Virus record (IMG/VR): IMGVR_UViG_3300032245_001746
Location: 1 to 64,000 of that record
Reading direction: 5' to 3' (one strand)
DNA length: 64,000 nucleotides
Of the stretch, positions 1 through 10,089 are shown in pieces. The notes below the pieces were generated by a model that had not been told where the DNA came from, did no database searches, and saw only the letters and a program-made list of their open reading frames with translations. How positions within the stretch are numbered: position 1 is the stretch's first letter; every line of letters starts with the position of its first letter. A program made the position numbers and the translations under genes.

Positions 1-230
1 ATAGAATCACCAGATAATATTAAACTACCAGAAGGGGTGAAATTCTCATTAAATGGAGGGACATAATCAGTTCCAAGAACATAAATTGAATTTTGGTATA
101 AATTTAAATTTATAGGTTGTTGTTCAACTGCTCCAAGAACATAAATTGAATTTTGATATAAAGTTAAGTTTATAGGTTGTTGTTCAACTGCTCCAAGGAC
201 AGAAACTGAATTTTGATATACATTTATCAT
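1..230 (-). CDS. Partial (runs off window) putative virion structural protein with 20-aa tandem repeats
   Basis: ATG at 230 opens MINVYQNSVSVLGAVEQQPINLTLYQNSIYVLGAVEQQPINLNLYQNSIYVLGT..., open to position 1; AATAAATA motif 4 nt upstream; absent from ORF track. Confidence 0.7.
   Translation of the reverse strand, partial: MINVYQNSVSVLGAVEQQPINLTLYQNSIYVLGAVEQQPINLNLYQNSIYVLGTDYVPPFNENFTPSGSLILSGDS
73..219. repeat. 60-bp tandem repeat (~2.5 copies) in coding sequence
   Basis: ccaagaacataaattgaatttt...tataggttgttgttcaactgct recurs at 60-nt period. Confidence 0.9.
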
Positions 231-298
231 AAATTATTTATTAAATTTTTAATAAATTTTAAATTTAATCATGTTTAGCACACGAAAATAAATAATTT

Positions 299-667
299 TT
301 ATAAAAATCCTATTCTTAAAGAAATTAAAACCTGTCCCCCATTTAAATTAATTTCTATTTTTTCAGAAAATGGATATACAAATAACAATATATTGTTTTG
401 AGTTAAATAATATCCAGATATTGTATCTTCTTCATTAATATTAAAAGTTACATCTGGGTATATAATAATATTATTTTCAATGGTCCAATTAGAAGTTCCT
501 AATAATAGTGGAGAATAACCTTCAGAATTACATTCAATTAAATCTTCAAGCAACGGATTATCTGGAATGGATTCATTTGTGTATAAATGCAAAACGTTAT
601 TGTAAGAATATTGTTTACCAACAATATTCTTTAACATTAATTCCTTTCCAGATTCTGCTATCACCAT
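299..667 (-). CDS. Hypothetical protein, possibly tail/structural
   Basis: 122-aa beta-rich ORF (LHLYTN...GYSP...W...FN...GYY) resembling small phage structural proteins. Confidence 0.45.
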   Translation of the reverse strand: MVIAESGKELMLKNIVGKQYSYNNVLHLYTNESIPDNPLLEDLIECNSEGYSPLLLGTSNWTIENNIIIYPDVTFNINEEDTISGYYLTQNNILLFVYPFSEKIEINLNGGQVLISLRIGFL

Positions 668-672
668 AAATA

Positions 673-1371
673 TTAACTTTCTTCATCTAAATTTTTTAAC
701 AATTTGGATATAATTGGATTTCTAACAACACAAGTAGTATCAAATTCAAGTATTGAAATTCCAGGAACATTTTGCAACTTATTCATTACTTCTTTTAATG
801 AACTTTTGTTATATGGCAAGTCACTCTGGGTCGGATCTCCGTTAATGATCATTTTAGAATTGGTTCCAATTCTAGTTAAAAATAATTTCATTTGTGTCAT
901 TGTTGTATTTTGAGCTTCATCTAAAATACAAATTGCATTATCAAATGTACGACCTCTCAAATATGCCAATGGAGCTATTTCTATTGATTTATCAATCATT
1001 TCTCTTTGTGGATTATTTGAACCAACTAACTTGTTTATAGAATCATATAAAGGCATCATATAAGGATTAACTTTTTCTTGAAAATCGCCTGGCAAAAAAC
1101 CTAAATGTTCACCTGACTCAACTATTGGTCTAGTTAAAATAATCTTATTTTTATTTTTAGATAATATTTCATTAATAGCAAAAGCCATTGCTAAATAAGT
1201 TTTTCCACAACCTGCTATTCCAGACATAAAAAGAATATCATGTTGTTCAAATGCAGACCAAGCTAATTTTTGAGAAGAATTTTTAAATTCCACATGAAAT
1301 CTACTATTTCCAGATACTTTTGATTTTGATTTTACGACACCAACATCTTTTTTAGATTTATTGTTTCTCAT
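673..1371 (-). CDS. phoH: PhoH-family ATPase
   Basis: GIAGCGKT Walker A, RPIVESGEHLGFLPG, LAYLRGRTF, DEAQN, GDPTQSDL. Confidence 0.95.
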   Translation of the reverse strand: MRNNKSKKDVGVVKSKSKVSGNSRFHVEFKNSSQKLAWSAFEQHDILFMSGIAGCGKTYLAMAFAINEILSKNKNKIILTRPIVESGEHLGFLPGDFQEKVNPYMMPLYDSINKLVGSNNPQREMIDKSIEIAPLAYLRGRTFDNAICILDEAQNTTMTQMKLFLTRIGTNSKMIINGDPTQSDLPYNKSSLKEVMNKLQNVPGISILEFDTTCVVRNPIISKLLKNLDEES

Positions 1372-1479
1372 ATAAATTATTTATGTGCTTGATTAAAAAT
1401 TAAATAAAAATATCTACATAAATATATTTAAAACTTTAGATATTAACTTTATTAATACCTAATAGTAAAGGAAATAATA

Positions 1480-1938
1480 ATGAATGAAATGAATTTTAAA
1501 TTATTTATTGAATCTAATGAATTTGAAAAAGACGTTAAAAAAATGTTAAAACGTTTACCTGCAGATCACTCCAAACTTGTAAAAGGATATAAATTTGAAA
1601 AACAAGATGACAATGTTTTGAAAAATGATCCTAAAAATGTTGGAGAAATTGATGAAAAAAATAAAATTATAAAAATTTCTTCACCTTGGAACTATTCAAG
1701 ATCATTTGTGGCTTTACATGAAGTTGCACATGCGGTATGGAAGTACATTCTAAATGACGAAATGAAAAAATCATGGAATGAATTAGTAAAAAAAGAAAAG
1801 AAAACAAATAAAAATAAAGATGGATTGAAACAAAATTCAGAAGAAATATTTTGTATGATTTATGCACAATTTTATTGTGACAACAAAATGGAAAAATATA
1901 ATTATCCTAATTTAGAAAAATTTGTAAAATCAATTTAA
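1480..1938 (+). CDS. Zincin-like metallopeptidase with capsid-targeting-like N-terminus
   Basis: LHEVAH (HExxH) plus downstream EEIF; N-terminus NFKLFIES. Confidence 0.6.
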   Translation: MNEMNFKLFIESNEFEKDVKKMLKRLPADHSKLVKGYKFEKQDDNVLKNDPKNVGEIDEKNKIIKISSPWNYSRSFVALHEVAHAVWKYILNDEMKKSWNELVKKEKKTNKNKDGLKQNSEEIFCMIYAQFYCDNKMEKYNYPNLEKFVKSI

Positions 1939-1950
1939 AATAAAAATATT

Positions 1951-3279
1951 ATGAAAAATTTAGAATTCAGAAAGTTTTACGTAGAAATGTCGCAACTAAA
2001 CAATCAAAAAGAGTTGTTGAAAGAAATAATATACAATCTTATAAATGGCAACAAATCATTTTTTTCAAAAAAAGGAATTTTAGCTCAAGAAAAAAGTGAT
2101 TATTGGATATTAAATTATTTAAATGGAAACGATAACAAAAACGAATACTCCAAATTAGTAAGAGGACTAGTTGTTAAAAAACCAGATGAAAATTACAACA
2201 ATGATCCTTTAACTTTAATAAATTCATTTCCTTTTACAAGATTTTTCAATAAAAATGAGCCACAAGCAGATCCTGTGGATTTAATAAATTCAGAAATGAT
2301 TGAAAAATTAGATGGAACTATGGTAGGAATTTTCTTTCCAAATAAAAATCCAAATAATCCAGAATTTCATACAAGAAAAATGTTGTCCACACATGGACCA
2401 GATATGAATTTAAATATGAGAACATTTTCTGGAGAAAATGTAACATATTTAAAAATAATCAAATCTTATGTGAATAAATTAAAGTTTTCTCAAAAAGATG
2501 TTGAAAATACATACGTATTCGAATTCATACATTCAACTTCTAAAGTTGTTACAAAATATACACCTGATCAGTTTGGATTATATTTAATAGGAGGAAGAAA
2601 TTTAATTACACATGAAGAATATTCTGAATCTGATTTAAATAAAATTGCACATGAAATTAATTCTAAACGCCCAAGATTATTTCAAGCAATTGCAGATCAT
2701 AATGAAATTACAAAAATGTTTAAAAAAGCTGCAGAATCAACACCTGATTTTGAGGGATTTATATTTAGAGATAAAAAAACTGGATCTCGCGTTAAAGTGA
2801 AAGATCCAAATTATGTTAAAAAACATCATGTATTAGAAAAAACAAACATAAAATCTTTAATTCCTGTTGTTTTAAACAATGAAGAAAATGAAGTTTTATC
2901 ATATTATCCAGATGTATTACCTAAAATTAAGTTAATTAAAGAAAAAATAAAACAATTCAAAAAAGAATTATTGGAAAAAGTACTTTATTGGAAAGATAAA
3001 AATTTAGATAAATCAACTTTGGCATCCATGTTTTTTGCAAAAAAAACAGGAAATAGATGGGACACAACATCTGAAAAACCAAAATATAAAGAAGAACCAG
3101 AAGTAAGATATTTCATAATGAAACATGTGAACAAATCTAAAGATCAAATCCAAGAAGAAATTAATAAAGAAATCAATACAATGGTATTTGGATTTAACAC
3201 TAATTTTGGAAATATTAAACGATTTATGGAACTCGTTGGAATTGAAGATAATGATGAGCCAACAGAAAGACAAGAATGA
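1951..3279 (+). CDS. T4 Rnl1-like RNA ligase
   Basis: FPFTRFFN, motif I EKLDGT, FEF, FEGFIF, RVKVK nucleotidyltransferase motifs. Confidence 0.85.
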   Translation: MKNLEFRKFYVEMSQLNNQKELLKEIIYNLINGNKSFFSKKGILAQEKSDYWILNYLNGNDNKNEYSKLVRGLVVKKPDENYNNDPLTLINSFPFTRFFNKNEPQADPVDLINSEMIEKLDGTMVGIFFPNKNPNNPEFHTRKMLSTHGPDMNLNMRTFSGENVTYLKIIKSYVNKLKFSQKDVENTYVFEFIHSTSKVVTKYTPDQFGLYLIGGRNLITHEEYSESDLNKIAHEINSKRPRLFQAIADHNEITKMFKKAAESTPDFEGFIFRDKKTGSRVKVKDPNYVKKHHVLEKTNIKSLIPVVLNNEENEVLSYYPDVLPKIKLIKEKIKQFKKELLEKVLYWKDKNLDKSTLASMFFAKKTGNRWDTTSEKPKYKEEPEVRYFIMKHVNKSKDQIQEEINKEINTMVFGFNTNFGNIKRFMELVGIEDNDEPTERQE

Positions 3280-4025
3280 TTTTAATAAAAAATAAAGAAC
3301 AAATTGATGGTATAAGAAAAAGTTGCCAATTAGCAAAATTAACACTAAATTATTTAGAACAATTTTTAGTTGAAGGCAACACTACAGAATTTATAAATCA
3401 AAAAGCCCACGAATTTATATTAAAAAATAATGCAATACCTGCACCTTTGAATTACAAAGGATTTCCAAAATCTATTTGTACTTCAATCAATGAAGTTGTT
3501 TGTCATGGAATTCCATCTGAAAAAGACGTGTTAAAAAATGGGGATATTATCAATATTGATGTTACAACAATATTAAATGGATATTATGGAGATACCAGTA
3601 AAACTTATAAAATAGGAACTTGTTCTTTAATTGCAGAAAAATTATTAAAAGTAACAAAAGAGTGTTTAGATATAGGAATTAAACAAGTTTATCCTGGTAA
3701 TCATTTTGGAAATATTGGTTATAAAATAAGTCAACACGCTGAACAAAATGGATTTTTTGTAGTTTATACTTTTGCTGGACATGGCGTTGGTGTCGAATTT
3801 CATGAAGAACCTATCGTATCTCACGTTTCTAAAAAAAATACTGGTCCAATTATGAAATCAGGAATGGTTTTCACAATTGAACCAATGATATCAGAAGGAA
3901 CCGCAGATTTGTTAATTTGTGAACAAGATGGATGGACAGCTAGAACGGCTGACAATAAATTATCAGCCCAATTTGAACACACCATACTTGTAACTGATTC
4001 TAAACATGAAATATTAACTATATAA
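3276..4025 (+). CDS. map: Methionine aminopeptidase type I
   Basis: CTSINEVVCHGIP, NIDVT, GDTS, GHGVG..FHEEP, FTIEPM, SAQFEHT. Confidence 0.97.
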   Translation: MILIKNKEQIDGIRKSCQLAKLTLNYLEQFLVEGNTTEFINQKAHEFILKNNAIPAPLNYKGFPKSICTSINEVVCHGIPSEKDVLKNGDIINIDVTTILNGYYGDTSKTYKIGTCSLIAEKLLKVTKECLDIGIKQVYPGNHFGNIGYKISQHAEQNGFFVVYTFAGHGVGVEFHEEPIVSHVSKKNTGPIMKSGMVFTIEPMISEGTADLLICEQDGWTARTADNKLSAQFEHTILVTDSKHEILTI

Positions 4026-4761
4026 TTCGCTTAACTGTTTCAGATTGAACTTCTTTTAAAAGTTTTGGTATTTCTATCATAGCTTGTTCAGTCATTTTTT
4101 CAAATACATTTATGTCTAAACTAAAAATTTTATAATGATGTGCTATTTGTCCTTTTAATACCTGTGGTTTATAGCCATAATGTTGTGCTTTTAAAGTCAT
4201 AATAAAATTTTGACCGATCATTGGTAATTTTTCTGGAAAAGGACCACATTCATCAAAACATTCTTTTGTAAACAAAATTAACCATTCTTTAATAAAGTCT
4301 ACTTTTCTATTTTGCATCCAATAACCTTGCATTTCTACACCAACCATTCCAGCTTTAGAAGTTTCACAAGCATTTATTAATAAATCTAACCAAGCTGGAT
4401 TTGTAATAACAACATCACAATGCATGAAAACTAAATATTTAGAATTCTTACTTGCTGCGGAGGCTCCTTTATTTGCAGCAGCCGACCAATACAAGTTTTT
4501 TTCATTTCTTATAACTTTTACTTCACTTTCAATATCCATCAAATAATCTTGACTATCTTGACCAGACGCATTGTCGACAACAATTATTTCATAATTGTTA
4601 TTAAAACTTGTTACTGCTATTGATTGCAAACATATATTTAAATATTCAGGTGTGTCTTTATGAACAATTATTATGGAAATTTGTTCATCTGTACCATTAT
4701 GTAAATTTATACTTAATTCTGGTCTTTCACCATCAAGAGGATTCCAAGGTTGTTCGCTCAT
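4018..4761 (-). CDS. Glycosyltransferase family 2
   Basis: ISIIIV, EIIVVDNAS, AANKG, FMHCD (DxD-like). Confidence 0.85.
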   Translation of the reverse strand: MSEQPWNPLDGERPELSINLHNGTDEQISIIIVHKDTPEYLNICLQSIAVTSFNNNYEIIVVDNASGQDSQDYLMDIESEVKVIRNEKNLYWSAAANKGASAASKNSKYLVFMHCDVVITNPAWLDLLINACETSKAGMVGVEMQGYWMQNRKVDFIKEWLILFTKECFDECGPFPEKLPMIGQNFIMTLKAQHYGYKPQVLKGQIAHHYKIFSLDINVFEKMTEQAMIEIPKLLKEVQSETVKRII

Positions 4762-4762
4762 A

Positions 4763-4990
4763 TTATTCTACTTTCAAATCAAAAATTCCAAGTTCCATAT
4801 AGCACTCTATTTTTTCATTTCCAACATCAATCAACACTGGTGATGTCTTACCATTAATAGAGACGTTATTTTTCATTTCTTCAACAAATAAATTTGCTTT
4901 TTGTCTATCAAAAAAAGCTTTTTCTGGTTTCACAAAAACATATTCTCCACTGATCTGTCTAGCTACACTTATTACTATACTTATTTCCAT
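4763..4990 (-). CDS. Hypothetical protein
   Basis: ORF in coupled minus-strand run. Confidence 0.6.
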   Translation of the reverse strand: MEISIVISVARQISGEYVFVKPEKAFFDRQKANLFVEEMKNNVSINGKTSPVLIDVGNEKIECYMELGIFDLKVE

Positions 4991-5442
4991 TTTACTCCTT
5001 TTAAATAATAAATAGGTTCAAATGTTATTTTTGCTAAAATATCTCTATGTTTTACAGAAACTGGGTTGTATTTACCAACATTAACAACATGTATACAAAG
5101 TTCATTATCTGTGTTGAGATAAGCAGATTGCAAACTTAATCCAAGATTCAAAAAGGCACTATCTAATTCGCATCTTAATTTAAATCCATTTGGAATTTCC
5201 AATTTAACTCCACATTTAAATATTATATTTTGTCTGTGATTAATTAATGTCTCTTGCAAATTATTTTGACTTAATAAAGGACAAATTGCTTTGACTTCTA
5301 TATAACTTTCTAAAACAATAGGTTTATAATCTTCATCTATAATTGTAATTCCAATTTCAGGACATTCCAATCTAAAGACACTATTTAATATTTTCTTTTC
5401 TACAGATTTCTTCTTTACAACTTTTGCTTTCTTTTTAGCCAT
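4981..5442 (-). CDS. Degenerate dUTPase-fold protein
   Basis: CGVKLEIPNGF, ELCIHVVN and VKHRDILAKI echo trimeric dUTPase; catalytic motifs RSG and GxIDxDYxG not visible. Confidence 0.5.
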   Translation of the reverse strand: MAKKKAKVVKKKSVEKKILNSVFRLECPEIGITIIDEDYKPIVLESYIEVKAICPLLSQNNLQETLINHRQNIIFKCGVKLEIPNGFKLRCELDSAFLNLGLSLQSAYLNTDNELCIHVVNVGKYNPVSVKHRDILAKITFEPIYYLKGVKWK

Positions 5443-5674
5443 TATTTTTTCTTTCTATTTTAGATAGATGTGACGAAATATTCTTAAAAAACCTTTCATA
5501 AGTATTTTTAGGTTGTTTTTTTAATAATTCTATTAAGTAAGTTTCAATAAAATCTTGATATGATTTAGATTTTATCAATTCAATTGCTTTTTCTAATGTC
5601 ATAGGATTATGACTTCCAGTTGCAGATTTTTGATTAGGAAAAGACAAATTTAATTTCATTTTATCAATTGACAT
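5435..5674 (-). CDS. Hypothetical protein
   Basis: Coupled ORF. Confidence 0.55.
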   Translation of the reverse strand: MSIDKMKLNLSFPNQKSATGSHNPMTLEKAIELIKSKSYQDFIETYLIELLKKQPKNTYERFFKNISSHLSKIERKNNG

Positions 5675-6008
5675 TTTGTTCCTTGATATTATTTTTAATT
5701 TGACTTAAATCTTCAAAAATTTCATTTTTGAAATCAAACTTTTTTTGTTTTTTAAGCTTAATTATATTTGAAACAGTAATTCCAAATTCAGACTCTTCAG
5801 TGATTAAATCACCACTTAATGAATAAAGCTTTTCATTAAAAAAATCAACAAATATAAATTTATTATATTTAATTTCTTCATGAGTCCATTCAACAAGCAT
5901 TGGTTGTAAATTAAAAATATTAATTGTATTGACATCAGATTCAAAAAAATTAATATTTTCTTTAGGTGCTAGAATCTTTATATCTGCATTATAAAAAAAA
6001 TTGCTCAT
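5664..6008 (-). CDS. Hypothetical protein
   Basis: Coupled ORF. Confidence 0.55.
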   Translation of the reverse strand: MSNFFYNADIKILAPKENINFFESDVNTINIFNLQPMLVEWTHEEIKYNKFIFVDFFNEKLYSLSGDLITEESEFGITVSNIIKLKKQKKFDFKNEIFEDLSQIKNNIKEQNVN

Positions 6009-6037
6009 TAAAAACTTTCCATAATAATATATAAATT

Positions 6038-6409
6038 ATGATAGTTAATAATGAATTAAAATTCAAACAATTTTTTAAAGAAGATTCAAATTTAACAAGC
6101 ATGTTATCACCAAACATCGAAAAGAGTCCAGATATAACGAATGGACCTGATAGATTTGGCGTAGAAAAATTGCGAAGTTTAGTTTTACCAATTGTTACAA
6201 CAACTTCTCAAATTAGATTTATTGATGAAAGCAAATCACCAATTTTAATACAATTAAAAAATGGAACTAAATTGTATTTAAGTTATGATCAATTTAAAAA
6301 ATTGAACAATCCCGAAGTGGGCAAAAATATTACAGTTGAATTTATAAGAAATCCAGAAAATAAAAATAAAAATATTACTTCTAAAATTAATAAAATTACC
6401 ATTCATTAA
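6038..6409 (+). CDS. Hypothetical protein with capsid-targeting-like N-terminus
   Basis: LKFKQFFKED; AATATATA 4 nt upstream of ATG. Confidence 0.6.
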   Translation: MIVNNELKFKQFFKEDSNLTSMLSPNIEKSPDITNGPDRFGVEKLRSLVLPIVTTTSQIRFIDESKSPILIQLKNGTKLYLSYDQFKKLNNPEVGKNITVEFIRNPENKNKNITSKINKITIH

Positions 6410-6642
6410 CGAATTATTTCGTTATAATATTTTTCATTAAAAGAACTGCTTTGTTCCACGTTTTCATCTGATTGATCTAAATTCTCTGGGTCTATACCAG
6501 GAGAATATGGTCCAGGAACATATTCTCTTTTAAGTTTTTGAATTACATTATTAGTAATTTTAGTTTCTAGCACCTTAAATATAGAGCCAATTGCTAGAAC
6601 TGATAAAATCAAAACTATTGGTAAAAAATATTTTTTATTCAT
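6406..6642 (-). CDS. Small membrane-anchored protein
   Basis: N-terminal hydrophobic helix FLPIVLILSVLAIGSIF. Confidence 0.6.
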   Translation of the reverse strand: MNKKYFLPIVLILSVLAIGSIFKVLETKITNNVIQKLKREYVPGPYSPGIDPENLDQSDENVEQSSSFNEKYYNEIIR

Positions 6643-6654
6643 AAATTATTCCTG

Positions 6655-7692
6655 TTAATTAGTTTTTGTTTTAGATTTTAAATCTAAAATAGAATCACAA
6701 GGATATTTATCCTCAAGTTCTTGTAACTCTTTTAATTTATTTAAATATTCCTCATTTAATTCATTATTTAATTTAGCTAATTGTAAATTAATTATTATAT
6801 CCCCAAAAACACCAGTATCATTTGATAAACCTTCTCTTTGAAGTCTTAATTTCATTCCACTATTAACATTTTTAGGTATCATTACATCTAAAGTTCCATT
6901 TAAATTAGGAATTGTAATTTTACCTCCAAAAAATAAAGTAGTGTAATTTACAGGAATTTTACAATGAAGATTTAATCCATCTCGTTCAAAAAAATCATGT
7001 TTTGTAATCTTTATTATAACAATTAAATCACCTCTATAATCTGTGCCTATACTGCCTTTTCCTCCTATAACCATATAGGAATTATCTTCTACACCTTTAG
7101 GAAAATTTAAAGAAATATTTTCATTTTCGCAATCAACACTGCCATTTACACATTTCTTACATTTATCTTGAAATTTACGACCTGTTCCATTGCATTCAAT
7201 ACAATCTGTTCTAATTGTAAATGTTTGATTTTTATTTTGATCATATTTAACATTTATTTTACCAGCACCAGCACATTTATTGCAAACAAAAATCTTTTCC
7301 CAACTTGTTCCATTACAATTATCACAAGGTTTTTTGACTGGAAGAGATATAGTTTTTGAACATCCCGTTGAAACTTCTTCCAAAGTTAATTCTACAACAA
7401 ATTTAACATCTAAACTTTGTCTATATCGTTGACGATTAATCGCCTCATTATATTGAGCAAAAACATCACCAACAGTAGCGTAACCAGAAGATGGATTATC
7501 GTATCTGTTACGTTTGTTTGGATCACTTAAAACGTCATAAGCTTCTATAACATCCTTATGTTTTTCTTCAGCTTGACTGTCATCTTTATTCAAATCTGGA
7601 TGATATTTTTTTGCAAGTTTTTTATAAGCTTTTTTAATATCTTCTTGTGAAGCATCTTTAGAAACTTCTAAAATTGAATAATAATCTTTCAT
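6655..7692 (-). CDS. dnaJ: DnaJ co-chaperone
   Basis: J domain with HPD, CxxCxGxG zinc-finger repeats, C-terminal DnaJ domain. Confidence 0.95.
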   Translation of the reverse strand: MKDYYSILEVSKDASQEDIKKAYKKLAKKYHPDLNKDDSQAEEKHKDVIEAYDVLSDPNKRNRYDNPSSGYATVGDVFAQYNEAINRQRYRQSLDVKFVVELTLEEVSTGCSKTISLPVKKPCDNCNGTSWEKIFVCNKCAGAGKINVKYDQNKNQTFTIRTDCIECNGTGRKFQDKCKKCVNGSVDCENENISLNFPKGVEDNSYMVIGGKGSIGTDYRGDLIVIIKITKHDFFERDGLNLHCKIPVNYTTLFFGGKITIPNLNGTLDVMIPKNVNSGMKLRLQREGLSNDTGVFGDIIINLQLAKLNNELNEEYLNKLKELQELEDKYPCDSILDLKSKTKTN

Positions 7693-7711
7693 TAAAACAA
7701 ACCTTAAAAAG

Positions 7712-7741
7712 AATAAGAAGAAGTTTAAACTTCTTCTTATT
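7712..7741 (-). terminator. Perfect 30-bp palindrome, likely intrinsic terminator after groES
   Basis: AATAAGAAGAAGTTT/AAACTTCTTCTTATT followed by T-run on minus strand. Confidence 0.7.
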
Positions 7742-7767
7742 AATATTTTTATAAATAAAAAAAATGA

Positions 7768-8121
7768 CTATTCTTCTACTAAAACACACTTGATCATATC
7801 TGGCAAAATCATATTTAATGATCTTCCATTTTTAGAGAGAATACCATCTACAGGAAAATAAGATCCTGCAACCATCACTCTATCGCCCACCTTGAAACCA
7901 AGATTTGGAGCAACACTAGGTCCAATATCCAAAACATAAGCTTGTTGAGAATCTTTTTTATTTGCTTCATCGGTAAGCAAAACAGATGTGGGAGATAATT
8001 CTACCTCTTTAATTCTTTCAATAAGAACCTGATTATTTGCTGGAACTACAGCAGTAATCATCCTTGGTACATTCATTACAACACTTGTTGGCTCGGTTAC
8101 AACATCTTTATTTTTTTTCAT
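7768..8121 (-). CDS. groES: GroES/gp31-like co-chaperonin
   Basis: PANNQVLIE, VLDIGP, FKVGDRVM, MIKCVL match the Cpn10 pattern. Confidence 0.8.
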   Translation of the reverse strand: MKKNKDVVTEPTSVVMNVPRMITAVVPANNQVLIERIKEVELSPTSVLLTDEANKKDSQQAYVLDIGPSVAPNLGFKVGDRVMVAGSYFPVDGILSKNGRSLNMILPDMIKCVLVEE

Positions 8122-8164
8122 TTTATAATTCTTTCTTAAAAACAGTTTAAATTAAACTAGTATG

Positions 8165-8716
8165 TTACGCTGTTTTTTTTGGAATTAAAACACAATTTAA
8201 ATTATTTCCTTCCAATTTAGGATCAATTTCAACACTAGAAACTTCTGACAAAGCCTCTTTTATTTTTTGTAAAACATTGTATCCTAATTCTTTATGAGCA
8301 TTTTCTCTTTTTTCATATTTCAAATTAAATTTGACTTTTAATCCAGAAGTTAAAAACTTTTTAGCAGCATTAATTTTAACATTAAGATCATGATCTCCAA
8401 TTGAAGGACTTAATCTTATTTCTTTCTCAGATAAAGCTTTTTGGCTTTTATTCTTTTCTTTTTGTTTAATAGATTTTTCATATTTAAACTTACTATAATC
8501 CATTATTTTACAAACAGGAGGATTTGCCATTGGTGATACTTCTACCAAATCTAGATTTTGATCTCTTGCAATTTTTTTTGCTGCATCTGTTGAGAATACG
8601 CCTAAATTTTTATCACCATCTACCAACATAACCTTTGGAACTCTAATCATGTCGTTAATTCTTGTTTTATCTTTTGAATTAAAACTATTTTCATTTTTGA
8701 TAAATTTTTTTAACAT
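8165..8716 (-). CDS. infC: Translation initiation factor IF-3
   Basis: RINDMIR, LDLVEVSPMANPPVCKIMDYSKFKYE, KEIRLSPSIGDHD. Confidence 0.97.
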   Translation of the reverse strand: MLKKFIKNENSFNSKDKTRINDMIRVPKVMLVDGDKNLGVFSTDAAKKIARDQNLDLVEVSPMANPPVCKIMDYSKFKYEKSIKQKEKNKSQKALSEKEIRLSPSIGDHDLNVKINAAKKFLTSGLKVKFNLKYEKRENAHKELGYNVLQKIKEALSEVSSVEIDPKLEGNNLNCVLIPKKTA

Positions 8717-8772
8717 AAATTACTTTTTTTACAATTTCCTTTTTTAAAATTAAAAATTAAACCCAATCAATT

Positions 8773-10089
8773 CTACATTTCTTTTGTAACACTGTTAACC
8801 ACTTTTACAACAAATCCATCACCACAATTTGGAAATCTTCGAACCCATTCAACACCTTCTAAATTTTGAACAGATGGAATTGTATTAATTCCTATATAAA
8901 TTTTAACATTATCTTGTAATTCAGAATTAAATTCTTTTAATTTAATACTGCAAACTCTAGTTTTCGTTTTTGGTGCCGAACTTATATTTATATAAGATAT
9001 TTGATTTATTACACTTTTTATGATTAAAGAATCTGCTTTATCATTAAATTCAATTTTAAAATTATTATCAACAGATCCAGCATGATAGTTTCCAACAATT
9101 TCATCTCGGTATTTAATATAACCTAAAGTTTTTATTTCTGTGCCTGGTTGTGTTGCATTAATTAATGAAATACCATTAGTATCATACACAGAAACAGAAA
9201 CGCTATTATCACCCTGATCCAGTATTGGAATTATACTTATTGATTCGTCCAAATTAATATTTGGTATTATTAATATATTGCCTTCATCATCAGGTGATTC
9301 TACTATTTTAATATCATCAGACTCAGATATAAAGATGTAATCATATAAAGATAAATTAGATTCTACTTCTAAAATAGAATTTTTATAATCAAATTCATAA
9401 CTAGATAATTCTAAATCTTTAGTTACAAAAATTGAATCAGACCCAATATTGTATTGTAAGATAGAATCAAAATTAAAAAACAACTTGCTGTTTTGTGGTA
9501 TTACTTTCATTAATTTAAATTCCATCCAATAACAACCAGATAACATGGTATCATTTTGATTCCAATTATAAATTAAATTTGATTGAATTAATTGATCTTT
9601 TATTACATTTCCAGTAATATTAATTATATCATCATAAACTAATTCAATACCACCAAGACTAGAAATTATTCTGTAAATATAGAATGTCGTACCTTTTTTC
9701 CAAGTATTAGCAGCCGTATTATTTAAACCTCTTAAAACAGTAATTTCTTTTGTGTTTTCGTCAACTGACATAACCTGCATGTATTCTGGCGTTCTAGGAT
9801 GATCAAAAAACAACAAATCACCAATTAACAATTGATTAAATCCTATATCGTTTGCTAATAATATTTTATTTTCTACAGACAAAATTGTTTTTTTTAAAAA
9901 AGATTTTGTCCACATATTAACTTCAACAACAAGATTTGGATCTGTTAAATCCATAATTCCAGAACAATCTTCAACACTAATTCTGACAGCAGGATTAGTG
10001 TCATATCTTTTTATTGTGAAATCAGGCTGTAACGAATCACATTCACTTGTTGAACAATTAGAATTGCAATTATTGTAATAAGACATCAC
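8773..10089 (-). CDS. Putative virion (baseplate/BppU-like) protein with adhesin-repeat-like insert
   Basis: FTIKRYDT.P...YNW...DT...G.YWMEF pattern; internal segment resembling cadherin-like repeats. Confidence 0.5.
   Translation of the reverse strand: MMSYYNNCNSNCSTSECDSLQPDFTIKRYDTNPAVRISVEDCSGIMDLTDPNLVVEVNMWTKSFLKKTILSVENKILLANDIGFNQLLIGDLLFFDHPRTPEYMQVMSVDENTKEITVLRGLNNTAANTWKKGTTFYIYRIISSLGGIELVYDDIINITGNVIKDQLIQSNLIYNWNQNDTMLSGCYWMEFKLMKVIPQNSKLFFNFDSILQYNIGSDSIFVTKDLELSSYEFDYKNSILEVESNLSLYDYIFISESDDIKIVESPDDEGNILIIPNINLDESISIIPILDQGDNSVSVSVYDTNGISLINATQPGTEIKTLGYIKYRDEIVGNYHAGSVDNNFKIEFNDKADSLIIKSVINQISYINISSAPKTKTRVCSIKLKEFNSELQDNVKIYIGINTIPSVQNLEGVEWVRRFPNCGDGFVVKVVNSVTKEM

Noticed and set aside
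73-219. CRISPR-like repeat array
   Set aside because: Repeats are contiguous in-frame 60-mers with no unique spacers; the same applies to 31625-31822 and the HEG repeats
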